64,000 bases of DNA, from contig OZ260661.1 of the NCBI GenBank assembly GCA_965285935.1, positions 93,062,001-93,126,000 of the forward strand. Reading direction: 5' to 3'. The position numbers and the translations under genes are program-made. Source of the stretch: Ophelia neglecta (lineage: Eukaryota). Numbering within the stretch: position 1 is the stretch's first letter; each line of letters begins with the position of its first letter. The notes beneath the pieces were generated by a model. It was given only the letters and a program-made list of their open reading frames with translations. It had not been told where the DNA came from and ran no database searches. Below, piece after piece: positions 15,001 through 27,000 of the stretch.

Positions 15001-18000
15001 GGGCCTTCAGGACAATCTGGACCAGCCGGCCCAGCAGGATCTCCCGGACCGAGAGGCGAACCAGGATCACGTGGAGAGGCTGGACCAAGAGGGGAAGCAG
15101 GCACGCCTGGACAGTCGGGTACTCCTGGTCAAAGAGGAGAGATTGGCCCAGCAGGCCCAGCCGGGCCAGCCGGCCAAAGAGGAGAACCTGGTCAGAGAGG
15201 TGAGCCAGGACCAGCTGGACCAGCAGGTCCACGTGGCGAATCTGGTACTCCAGGATCAGCCGGGCGACCCGGAGAAAGAGGACCAGCAGGAGGAATAGGA
15301 CCTGCCGGACCCAGCGGTGGCCGTGGAGAAGCTGGCCCAAGAGGAGAAGCTGGACCGCGAGGAGAAGCTGGAACCCCCGGAACACCTGGTAAATTTTAAT
15401 AGGACTACCATCGTAATGAACAAAGATAAATGTGTAAAATACCCAGAATACCAAGCGGAACACATATGTTAAATATTCTATTATTTGTATTAAAGGTTCT
15501 CAAGGTGAGAGCGGACCGGCGGGACCACGAGGAGAAAGTGGACAGCCTGGCCCAGCAGGACAGCCTGGACCTAGCGGACCTGCAGGACCTCGTGGAGAAC
15601 CAGGCCCAGCCGGACCAGCTGGATCCCGTGGAGAAGCTGGACCAAGAGGAGAATCGGGAAGCGCAGGCATTCCCGGCTCTGCTGGACCAAGAGGAGAACC
15701 CGGCCCATCCGGACCATCTGGACCATCTGGTCCAGCAGGACCGAGGGGAGAATCCGGATCGAGAGGAGAACCAGGTCCTCGTGGAGAGTCAGGAACCCCC
15801 GGTACACCCGGCCGACAAGGAGAACGAGGACCAGCCGGCCCTGCAGGACCCGCTGGCCCAGCAGGATCACGGGGAGAAGCAGGACCCAGAGGAGAACCAG
15901 GTACTGATGGTTCACCGGGCCCCAGAGGAGAATCAGGCACACCTGGGTCAGCTGGATCACCAGGTCCTAGAGGCGAAAGCGGACCATCTGGACCAGCTGG
16001 ACCCGCCGGACCTCGAGGAGAATCTGGTACCCCAGGATCCGCAGGCCAGAGAGGAGAGTCCGGACCTGCTGGTCCTCAGGGACCACGTGGAGAGCCCGGT
16101 ATTTATTTTTCTTTTAATCTTCCGGACAAAATGTATATTAGCCAAGAAACTTGATGATCAAGAGGCAATGTATTATGTTATCTAGTATCTAATGTACTCT
16201 ACATTCGTTCATGTAAACAGTTCACATATTAGCGTTCTTTTTGTCACACTATATATTTCACAATCCCAGTGTACAAGGTTATTGTACATTTAAACTTGAG
16301 GGAGGTCTCATCACTGGTTTGAGCGCAACGGAAGAATAATAAATGACATCTGTTCCCTAAACAAAACCCCTTTCGTATCAGGAACTGCCGGAGAACCTGG
16401 ACCCGCTGGCCAGAGAGGAGAACCTGGACCATCAGGACCCTCCGGTCAACCCGGAACGTCTGGCCCGCAAGGACCACGAGGTGAGCGCGGAGAACCAGGT
16501 TCGGCTGGACAAAGAGGAGAGGCCGGACCATCTGGACCCGCAGGACAACCCGGCTCAGCTGGCACACCCGGTCAAAGAGGAGAGCAAGGTCCAGCTGGTC
16601 CATCAGGACAGGCTGGATCACCGGGACAACGTGGAGAGCCAGGACCAAGAGGAGAGGCTGGACTCCGAGGAGAGGCAGGAGAGCCAGGACGAGCTGGAGA
16701 GCGAGGTGGACCAGGACCAGCAGGCCCTGCCGGCCCAGCTGGACCCAGAGGCGAGTCTGGAACACCTGGCCAGCGAGGAGAAGCCGGATCACCTGGAACT
16801 CCTGGCAACAGAGGAGAACCAGGCCCAGCCGGAAGAGCTGGTAAGAATAATTGTATAAAATTCACGCTTACATCTCGTTTATTAAAGAAAAGGTACATTC
16901 TTATGCTGTGTACATTTCATGTGCACTGTATCAGTTTCATTTTACCCATGCAATTACAACATTTCCATAAAAAAACATGATTCATTGCAAAAGTTTCGGA
17001 ACTAACGGCACTCTAGACGAAAAAAGCAAAGCAAAGCCAGGCAGAAAATGCGGACATGCATACAGCGACATGCATATAGGCCATGGCGGGATAATTAGAT
17101 TTAGACCCAATTAAATAGAACTTTTTCAATCTGTACGTATCCTTGAAGTAGCGCACTGTATTATATATTGCAATTTTTCTTTTAGGTACACCTGGCTCAC
17201 AAGGACCACAGGGACCAAGAGGAGAATTAGGCCCAGCTGGACCACAAGGACCAGCTGGTGAACGTGGACAGTCCGGAGAACCCGGACCAGCTGGAACCCC
17301 GGGATCCGCTGGCCAGAGAGGTGAACCTGGTCAAAGAGGAGAGGCAGGCACTCCGGGCACGCCTGGAAGTGCTGGACAACGTGGGGAAGCTGGACCATCA
17401 GGACCACAGGGCCCAGCTGGCCCTGCTGGCCCAAGAGGAGAATCTGGACCAAGAGGTGAGCCAGGACCACGAGGAGAATCTGGTTCCCCAGGTAGCGCCG
17501 GACAGCCAGGTGAGGCTGGAAGAGCGGGTCCAGCCGGACCAGCTGGACCATCAGGCCCGAGAGGTGAAGCCGGACAACCGGGAGAACAAGGTCAACGTGG
17601 AGAGCCTGGACAACGAGGAGAATCTGGTACACCTGGTACCCCTGGAAACCGTGGAGAGCCCGGACCAGCCGGCCCATCGGGACAAAGAGGCGAAGCCGGT
17701 CCACAAGGACCTAGAGGTGAACCAGGACCAAGAGGAGAAGCAGGATCTGCCGGACCTGCCGGTTCAGCAGGGCCCCGAGGAGAACGAGGAGAGTCAGGCC
17801 CCGCAGGTCCATCTGGACCAGCCGGAGTACCAGGTCAAAGAGGCGAGCCAGGGCAGAGAGGAGAACCTGGAGCCCGAGGATCTGATGGCAATGCTGGATC
17901 ACCAGGTATGTATTTTTCACCTAAACCAATTGTATTTCTGGAAGTAGAAATACGTATGAAGCACAATTACTACTGCCTTGAATGTTCTTGTAGGCACTCC

Positions 18001-21000
18001 TGGAGAAGCAGGACCACAAGGACCAAGAGGAGAATCTGGCTTAGCTGGCCCATCCGGCCAGCCAGGTCCCTCTGGACCAAGAGGAGAGCCTGGAGAGTCC
18101 GGACAACCGGGATCTCCTGGACAACGAGGAGAAGCAGGCCCACGCGGAGAAGCAGGTACACCAGGTTCAGCGGGAACACCCGGTTCTCGCGGAGAACCTG
18201 GACCGTCCGGACCTAGTGGGCCAGCTGGTTCACCAGGACCAAGGGGAGAATCTGGACCGCGAGGCGAGCCTGGACCACCTGGAGAGGCTGGTTCTCCTGG
18301 CCAAGCAGGAAGAGCTGGAGAACGTGGACCTGCAGGTGAGGCTGGACCCTCTGGACCAGCAGGCCCAAGTGGCAATCGTGGTGAACCCGGAGCAAGAGGC
18401 ACGCCAGGACAAAGAGGAGAGCCTGGACCAGCAGGACCTGCCGGAGAGCGAGGAGAGTCCGGATCACCGGGACCTTCTGGACCTTCAGGACCTTCTGGAC
18501 CTGCTGGAGAGCCCGGACAAAGAGGAGAACAAGGACCACGAGGAGAAGCTGGGTCCCCTGGGCCAAGTGGACCTCGCGGAGAACCAGGTATATCTATGAA
18601 ACATACACTTGCAACAGTTTGCTGATCCATTGTAAATATTTTTTTTATATAATTGATAATCAGAGAGCCATGTCTGATCATTTCCTTATTCGCTTAAAGG
18701 TTCACAGGGTCAGTCTGGATCACCAGGACAGAGAGGTGAACCCGGTCCAGTAGGACAATCAGGACCTTCTGGACCTGCAGGCCAACCAGGACCTGCTGGA
18801 CCTGCAGGACCACGTGGAGAGCCTGGACAAGCAGGAACACCGGGCTCACGTGGTGAGGCTGGACCTGCTGGGCCCCAGGGACCACGAGGAGAGGACGGGT
18901 CGCCTGGAAGTCCTGGCCAGTCTGGATCTCCCGGACCAGCTGGACCAAGAGGAGAGACCGGCGAAAGCGGACCTCAGGGCCCGAGAGGAGAACCTGGACC
19001 AGCTGGACCATCTGGATCAAGAGGAGAGCGCGGTGAAGCTGGTTCGCCAGGTAGCCCCGGAGAAGCAGGACCTCAAGGTCCACGAGGAGAGGCTGGCACC
19101 CGAGGAGAGAACGGACAGGCCGGACCAGCTGGACCAGCCGGTCCATCTGGCGAGAGAGGCGAACGAGGACCGGCAGGACCAAGTGGTCCCGCTGGACCAC
19201 AAGGAACTCCCGGTTCACGAGGTGAACCAGGACCATCAGGGCCAAGAGGGGAAGCTGGACCACGTGGACAACCTGGATCACCTGGAGAAGCAGGTTTGAT
19301 ACATAACTACCTAAAGTCTCTGTAAAACATCACCAAAAAATGAAAAATGGCTTGAAAATAAAATTACTTCCATAATTTTACAGGTACACCGGGAGGATCC
19401 GGTCCAGCTGGACCTCGAGGCGAAATAGGACCAGCAGGACCTAGTGGCCAACCTGGACCATCTGGTCCTGCAGGACAAAGAGGTGAACCCGGCCCAGCCG
19501 GTCCAGCTGGCCAACGCGGCGAGGCCGGACCTAGAGGAGAGTCTGGTACACCTGGACAAGCTGGACGTCAAGGAGAACGAGGCGAGACTGGACCTGCCGG
19601 ACCATCAGGACCTGCCGGTCCATCTGGACCAAGAGGAGAGTCTGGCCCTGCAGGAGAACCAGGATCACGAGGTGAACCCGGACCTCAGGGACCTTCTGGT
19701 CAACGTGGAGAACCTGGATCACCTGGACCTGCTGGCTCAGCAGGCCCGAGGGGAGAGAGAGGTGAACCAGGCACAAGGGGAGAACCAGGCACCAGAGGTG
19801 AACCAGGACCAGCCGGACCAGCAGGACCACGAGGAGAATCTGGTAGTTAATATTTCCTTATTGTTCAAAGAACATACGAATTCGTTTCAATGGCCGCTTA
19901 ACTGCGGCGACTTTCTGAACGTACCGGTATATGTTATATAATTAATAGAAAATCAAGTTACTTTTTTGCAGTAACCGCCCTTTCTATTAAAGCAAATATG
20001 TTAATCTTACTAAAGACTAGTTATATTTGTTATGCAGGAACTCCTGGAAGTCAAGGACCATCTGGACCCAGAGGAGAAACTGGCGGACCCGGTTCTGCTG
20101 GAGAACCAGGACCAGCCGGCCCATCGGGACCACGAGGACAACCAGGACAGCGAGGAGAATCTGGAACTCCTGGAGAAGCTGGACCACGTGGAGAACCAGG
20201 ACCAGCTGGACAGTCTGGACGACCTGGCGAGAGAGGATCCGCAGGTCCACAAGGACCTCAAGGTCCAGCAGGACCAAGAGGGGAACCAGGTAGCCCTGGA
20301 CCCTCAGGCCAAAGTGGATCACCCGGACAGCGTGGAGAACCTGGAACAGCTGGAACACCAGGAACTCAGGGTGAGAGAGGAGAAAGCGGACCCGCTGGAC
20401 CGTCAGGCCCCGCTGGCCCATCCGGCCCTGCAGGACAACGGGGAGAACCCGGACCTGCCGGACCTGCCGGCCAGAGAGGTGAAAGTGGACAGCGTGGAGA
20501 ACCTGGACCAGCAGGGCCATCAGGACCCCGAGGAGAAGTCGGACCTTCTGGACCCTCCGGATTGTCAGGACCCGCAGGACCACGTGGAGAACCAGGATCT
20601 CCGGGACCAGCAGGACAAAGAGGAGAACCCGGCCCACGAGGTGAATCAGGCACACCAGGAAGCGCCGGTCAACGTGGAGAAGCAGGACCAGCAGGACCAT
20701 CAGGCCCGGCTGGATCCCCAGGACCACGAGGAGAAGCTGGCCAGAGAGGTGAACCAGGAGAAGCTGGACCACAAGGACCCAGAGGAGAGTTGGGCAGTGC
20801 CGGTCCTCCAGGTGAGCATTTTATTTTTGCCCCATTGAAAGAATCCAGATAAGAGTTTACAGGCCGGCGTATTTAGGCAGAACCAGATTCGTATTTGAAC
20901 GTGTTGGTTTTGCAAAAGTAGGCCTCGATAATGGCGAATAAAAGTTCACTTTGACTGACCACTCGTACCCTGAGCTGTGTATTAGACAGACCGTGAAGCA

Positions 21001-24000
21001 GCGGTCAATAATGTCTTGTGTAGAAGGTATAATTCATATTAGTTTGTAAAAACACTTAGTTTAGTCATTCCTATCAAAATATATCACTATTACACTGGGA
21101 AACTGGCTGTTTTGACTTAAGATAAATTACTATTGTGTAGGATCCGACGGATCACCCGGTCCGAGTGGACAACGAGGAGAGCCGGGATCCCCTGGGCCTA
21201 CTGGAGCCATTGGACCTTCAGGACCATCTGGTCCCAGAGGTGAGTCAGGACCCCGTGGAGAATCCGGTCCAAGAGGAGAGCCAGGATCCCCTGGCCCGTC
21301 TGGACAAAGAGGTCAACCCGGCTCACAAGGATCACCTGGAGAGGCAGGACCAGCTGGTCCAGCCGGACCACGAGGCGAAGCAGGACCCCGCGGAGAGTCT
21401 GGCACACCGGGAACACCTGGAACACGAGGAGAACCCGGACCAGCCGGACCCGCTGGTCAAAGAGGTGAATCCGGACCAGCTGGACCATCCGGACCCGCTG
21501 GAACACCAGGAGCTCGTGGTGAATCTGGAGAACCAGGACAGCGCGGTGAACCTGGTCCAGCCGGACCCCAAGGATCGAGAGGAGAATCTGGTAGGTTGAT
21601 TACTCAGAGCTGTCAGAATGTATTGCCGTTTGGCTTGCGTGGGGTCAACAATGTAGTAGCCATACGAGACTGCGAATCTGTTCTATATAGTTCCATGAAA
21701 GCATAAGCAGAAAATAGTGTTAACAAACTACTGCCTACTCTAGAAGATGTAATGCAATGCTTGTTTCTTTGTTTGTGGTTTGTTTATTTGTGAACCCCCT
21801 TTAGAGGAAAGTACACTATAAACATTCAGAAACTGGGTACAATACGAGATATTATGACAATAAGAAAAATGGTAACTTCACACCACAAATTGTGCTTTAG
21901 GCTATGTATTAATGTAAATGCCTATTATTTTGAAGACATTTTAAGTATTTTGCCCTATTTACAGGACCCGCTGGACCATCTGGACCAGCTGGACCAAGAG
22001 GAGAACCAGGCCCATCAGGACCCCAGGGTCCATCCGGGCCTGATGGCCAGCCAGGTTCACCTGGAGAGGCCGGTACCCGAGGAGAACAAGGCCAGAGAGG
22101 AGAACCAGGTCAAAGAGGCGAGGCTGGGTCACCTGGTCCAGCCGGACAAAGAGGCGAGCCAGGACCAGCAGGACCAAGTGGACCATTAGGACCATCAGGA
22201 CCAGCTGGACCTGCAGGAGAGAGGGGAGAGTCTGGACCAGCTGGACCCCAGGGATCCCCTGGAACAAGGGGAGAATCTGGGCCAGCTGGCAGCCCTGGTC
22301 CTTCTGGACCAAGAGGCGAACCAGGCCCGAGCGGACCTAGAGGAGAGCCAGGAACAAGAGGAGAACAGGGATCTCCAGGTACTCAAGGAGAGCGTGGCGA
22401 AGCAGGACCTGCTGGTCCCTCGGGACCACGTGGAGAGTCTGGACCGTCAGGTCCAGCAGGAAGTCCTGGTCCAGCAGGTCCATCTGGACCAGCAGGCCCA
22501 TCTGGACCCCGAGGGGAGCCTGGAACAAGAGGAGAGCCTGGACCAGCCGGTCCATCAGGACCGCGAGGAGAGTCGGGACCATCAGGCCAATCTGGACCTC
22601 CAGGAGAATCTGGATCACCAGGTCCCCGAGGTGAAAGGGGACAACCGGGATCCCGTGGAGAACCTGGACAAGCAGGTATGTGGCGACTGGACAAGAAAAG
22701 TCATACTTGTTCATACTTTGAAAAAAAATTATTTCTCATAAATGGGCCATGCTTATAAAAATGACCCGTGCTGGCTGGATAGTAGTTGTAAATTTCATCT
22801 CTGGGCTCAAGTGAAAATAGCGATTTATTTCACAACCATTGCAACCAACGGCTTTTTTAATTACAGGTGCGCCAGGACAATCTGGACCAGCTGGACCTCG
22901 TGGAGAAGCTGGTCCTGTAGGACAAACTGGCCAATCTGGACCAGCAGGGCCAGCAGGCCCACGAGGAGAAACTGGAGAGAGCGGCTCTCCAGGACCTAGA
23001 GGGGAATCAGGACAACGAGGAGAACCCGGACCCCTTGGCCCTGCCGGACCACGTGGAGAATCTGGCCCACAGGGACCTTCAGGACAATCTGGATCCCCAG
23101 GACCTAGAGGAGAAAGCGGAGAGCCAGGTTCAAGAGGAGAGCCCGGACCAGCAGGACCCTCAGGTCCACGAGGAGAGTCCGGTCCACCTGGAGAGTCGGG
23201 CACACCTGGAACACGTGGAGAAGCAGGACCAATCGGTCCCAGTGGCCCAGCCGGGTCACCAGGACCCCGAGGAGAATCAGGTACACCAGGAGAAGCAGGA
23301 CCACGAGGTGAAGCCGGTCCCGCCGGATCCCCTGGACAACGAGGAGAAAGAGGACCTGCCGGACCTCAAGGCAGCCCAGGTACCGCTGGACAAAGGGGAG
23401 AACCCGGACCTGCAGGCCCATCTGGCACAAGAGGAGAACAAGGACCTCGAGGAGAGTCTGGCACTGCAGGATCACCCGGTATGTTTCATATATTTAACAG
23501 GGCTATCCTTTGATACGTTTGATCATAGCCTAATTTTTGACAGCTACATAAGACAGTATTTTCTTATGCTTATGAACCAAATTTGTATCTTCTTTTGTAA
23601 CAAAGAAAATTTTAAAAATTGGTCAATGCCCAGTCATCTAAATGTATCTTGTTCTTGTAGGACCGGCCGGACCCGCTGGACCGTCAGGACCACGAGGCGA
23701 GGCTGGCCCAGCTGGACCAACTGGAGAATCTGGTGTATCTGGACCTGCCGGACCACAGGGATCTCCTGGTGCACGAGGAGAACCAGGACAGCGAGGTGAA
23801 CCAGGACAACGAGGTGAACCTGGACCCGCAGGACCATTGGGACAAAGAGGAGAACGAGGACCATTGGGTCCAGCTGGACCTTCGGGGCCGGCTGGCCCAG
23901 CTGGTCCATCGGGACCAAGAGGTGAAACCGGCCAACGTGGAGAGGCAGGCCCACTAGGACCATCTGGACCTGCCGGACCCGCTGGACAGCGTGGTGAATC

Positions 24001-27000
24001 AGGCCCTGCAGGGCCCACGGGAGAAACCGGACCAGCAGGATCACCTGGCGAACCTGGACCTTCCGGCCCACGTGGAGAAGCCGGCCCAGCTGGACCTTCA
24101 GGACAGAGAGGCGAGCCCGGGTCACCTGGGCCGCGTGGAGAGGCAGGACCAGCAGGTCCTTCAGGACCCCTTGGACAATCAGGACCACCAGGTCCAATTG
24201 GTGAATCAGGTCCTCGTGGACAACCAGGATCGAGAGGAGAAACTGGACCAGCTGGAGAACCAGGTTCGTAAAATATACTATATATTTTATAATATATAAA
24301 ATAATGAGATAATTGAAATAAATTGTTGCAGAATAATTTTATATGATCACGCTATTGTAGCATGGTATGAAGCAAATTCTATGTTTTATTTTATTATAGG
24401 TCCGGCGGGACCAAGTGGCCCATCTGGACCAAGAGGTGAATCTGGACCACAGGGACCAAGCGGTCCTTCTGGAACACCTGGCACACGAGGAGAGATTGGA
24501 CCACCAGGACCAAGCGGACAGCGCGGAGAAAGAGGACCAGCAGGAGAGGCTGGACCACAGGGTCCATCTGGATTAGCCGGACCACGTGGCGAGGCAGGGC
24601 CTTCCGGACCTTCAGGTCCTTCAGGTCCTTCAGGAGAACCTGGATCACCTGGACCTCGCGGCGAGCCAGGTCCATCAGGACAGACCGGACAACCTGGCCC
24701 TGCAGGTCAACCTGGCCCACGAGGAGAACCAGGGTCAAGAGGAGAATCTGGACAACGTGGACAATCTGGACCACCTGGACCAAGAGGTGAATCTGGCCCA
24801 CAAGGACAATCTGGCCCACCAGGGCCCTCGGGACCTTTGGGACCATCAGGACCTCGAGGAGAACCTGGACCAGCCGGACCAGGATTACCAGGACCTGCAG
24901 GTCCACGAGGAGAGTCTGGACCTCCTGGCCCAATAGGTTCGTACTTGCACCTGCTTTTTTTGTATATTTCAGAGGTTTGTTCTTGTATAAGGTATTTTTT
25001 CTCATATTGAAATGTAAACCCGATTTGTACAGTTAATAAATGGCCTTAAACATAATTTTTCTTAATTCTCACACAGGTCCATCAGGCCCATCTGGCCCAT
25101 CCGGACCACGAGGTGAATCTGGACCACCGGGTCCAGCTGGACAACCAGGACCTCTAGGACCATCAGGACAAAGAGGAGAACCAGGAAACAGAGGACAGTC
25201 AGGTCAACGTGGAGAAGCTGGTCCTCCTGGAGAATCCGGCTTGCCAGGACCAAGTGGTCCAAGAGGCGAGTCTGGACCACCAGGAACACAAGGAAACCAA
25301 GGACCTCCCGGACCACTCGGAGAAGCCGGCCCTGCTGGCCCCATCGGACAACGAGGTGGGCCTGGTCCAAGTGGACCACGAGGAGAAAGTGGCCCAAGCG
25401 GACCACCTGGCCAGAGTGGACCCCGAGGCAACGCTGGTGAACGAGGATCACCTGGAGAAGCCGGACCAGCAGGCCCAGCTGGACCACGTGGTAATCCAGG
25501 TTCTATTGGAACCCGAGGAGAAAGAGGACCACCAGGATCAATGGGACAGTCTGGTCCCCCAGGACCATCAGGCCCGCTCGGACCTGCTGGACCACCCGGC
25601 CCACGAGGTGAATCAGGTGGCTTGGGAGAACCGGGTCCTGCTGGACCCCCTGGCCCACTTGGCCGACCTGGTCCACAAGGACCATCTGGTCCATCTGGTC
25701 CCAGAGGAGAACCAGGACCGAGCGGACCATCTGGACAGGCTGGATTCCAAGGACCACGAGGTGAACCTGGAGAATCTGGACCACCAGGGCCGAGAGGAGA
25801 GAGTGGACCACTTGGTCCATCTGGCCCACCCGGAACAAGAGGAGAATCCGGACCACGAGGTGAACCTGGTTTACCAGGTCCCAACGGCCCAGCGGGAGGA
25901 ACAGGACCAAGCGGTCCCCCCGGACCATTAGGAGGACCTGGCCCATTGGGTCCACGAGGTCCATCAGGAGAAAGAGGCCCACAGGGTCCGAGCGGCCCAA
26001 GAGGAGAACCAGGACCTCCCGGACCATCAGGACAGTCAGGTAACCAAGGTCCTCCAGGACCACTAGGACCAATAGGACCACCAGGTCCACTTGGCGAAAG
26101 AGGAAACGCAGGGCCACCAGGGTCACAGGGTGAATCTGGTGACCCCGGAACTCAAGGACCTGCTGGTCCACCAGGACCGAGAGGGCCAAGCGGAGAACGA
26201 GGACCAGCTGGCGGAGTTGGTCCACCAGGAACCAGAGGAGAGTCAGGTCCACCTGGACGACCTGGGTCCACAGGAGCACCAGGTCCACTGGGAGGTAGAG
26301 GGCCACGCGGACCTATTGGACCATCTGGTCCTCTAGGAAGAACTGGAGAAAGAGGTGGACCAGGCGAGTCCGGACCAGCGGGATCACCTGGCTCCAACGG
26401 CCCACCCGGCCCCAGTGGACAGAGGGGACAACCGGGACCACCAGGAACAAGAGGTACAGCTATTTCAAAGTATAAACGTGTCGTTTAATGCCATTACAAT
26501 TATCAATAATTTCGAAGAAATTCTGGCTTAGTAACAAGTGGGAAAGAATCGTAACATAGGGACCCTGTATAACATTAGTTAAACCTGTATTTATAATGTA
26601 TATAAACAACTCGTGTTTGCATTGTGTAGGAGGTGACGGCTTGCCAGGAGGACCCGGACCTAATGGCAGACCAGGAGCGACTGGATGGACAGGTGCCCGA
26701 GGAGGAACCGGCTCTTCCGGATTCCCCGGACCATCTGGTCAGCGAGGTTTAGCCGGACCATCTGGTCCTCCAGGAGAGCAAGGTTTGCCTGGAGAAGATG
26801 GTCGCCGTGGAACCAACGGCCAACCCGGCGCAAGCGGACGCCCAGGTAAACACGGAAAATCTGATTTCTCCGAAGTAGAATAGGTTTTAATTGCAATGTC
26901 TGGTAATATTATGAGTAACAAGAACAGTATCATAATCTAAATTGATTCCCTACGGTAAAAATAATAAAATGGCAAGTAAGATTGATAACAATGACTTTGC

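Noticed and set aside
2899-24263. Repeated exon lengths (261, 441, 459, 513, 594, 603, 612 bp) as evidence of recent exon duplication
   Set aside because: Lengths are restricted to multiples of 9, so coincidences are expected. The two 261-bp exons I compared are not collinear. A dot plot is needed to test this properly.
191-26397. Many long ORFs in other frames (DQLDLQDHEEN-type, LVLLVQ-type, Ser/Trp-rich) and antisense collagen-like ORFs such as 3238-4011 and 25204-25884
   Set aside because: They are shadows of GGN-CCN-rich codons: Gly and Pro codons are reverse complements and shifted frames rarely hit stops. They follow the + strand exons, and the splice signals support only the + strand frame.
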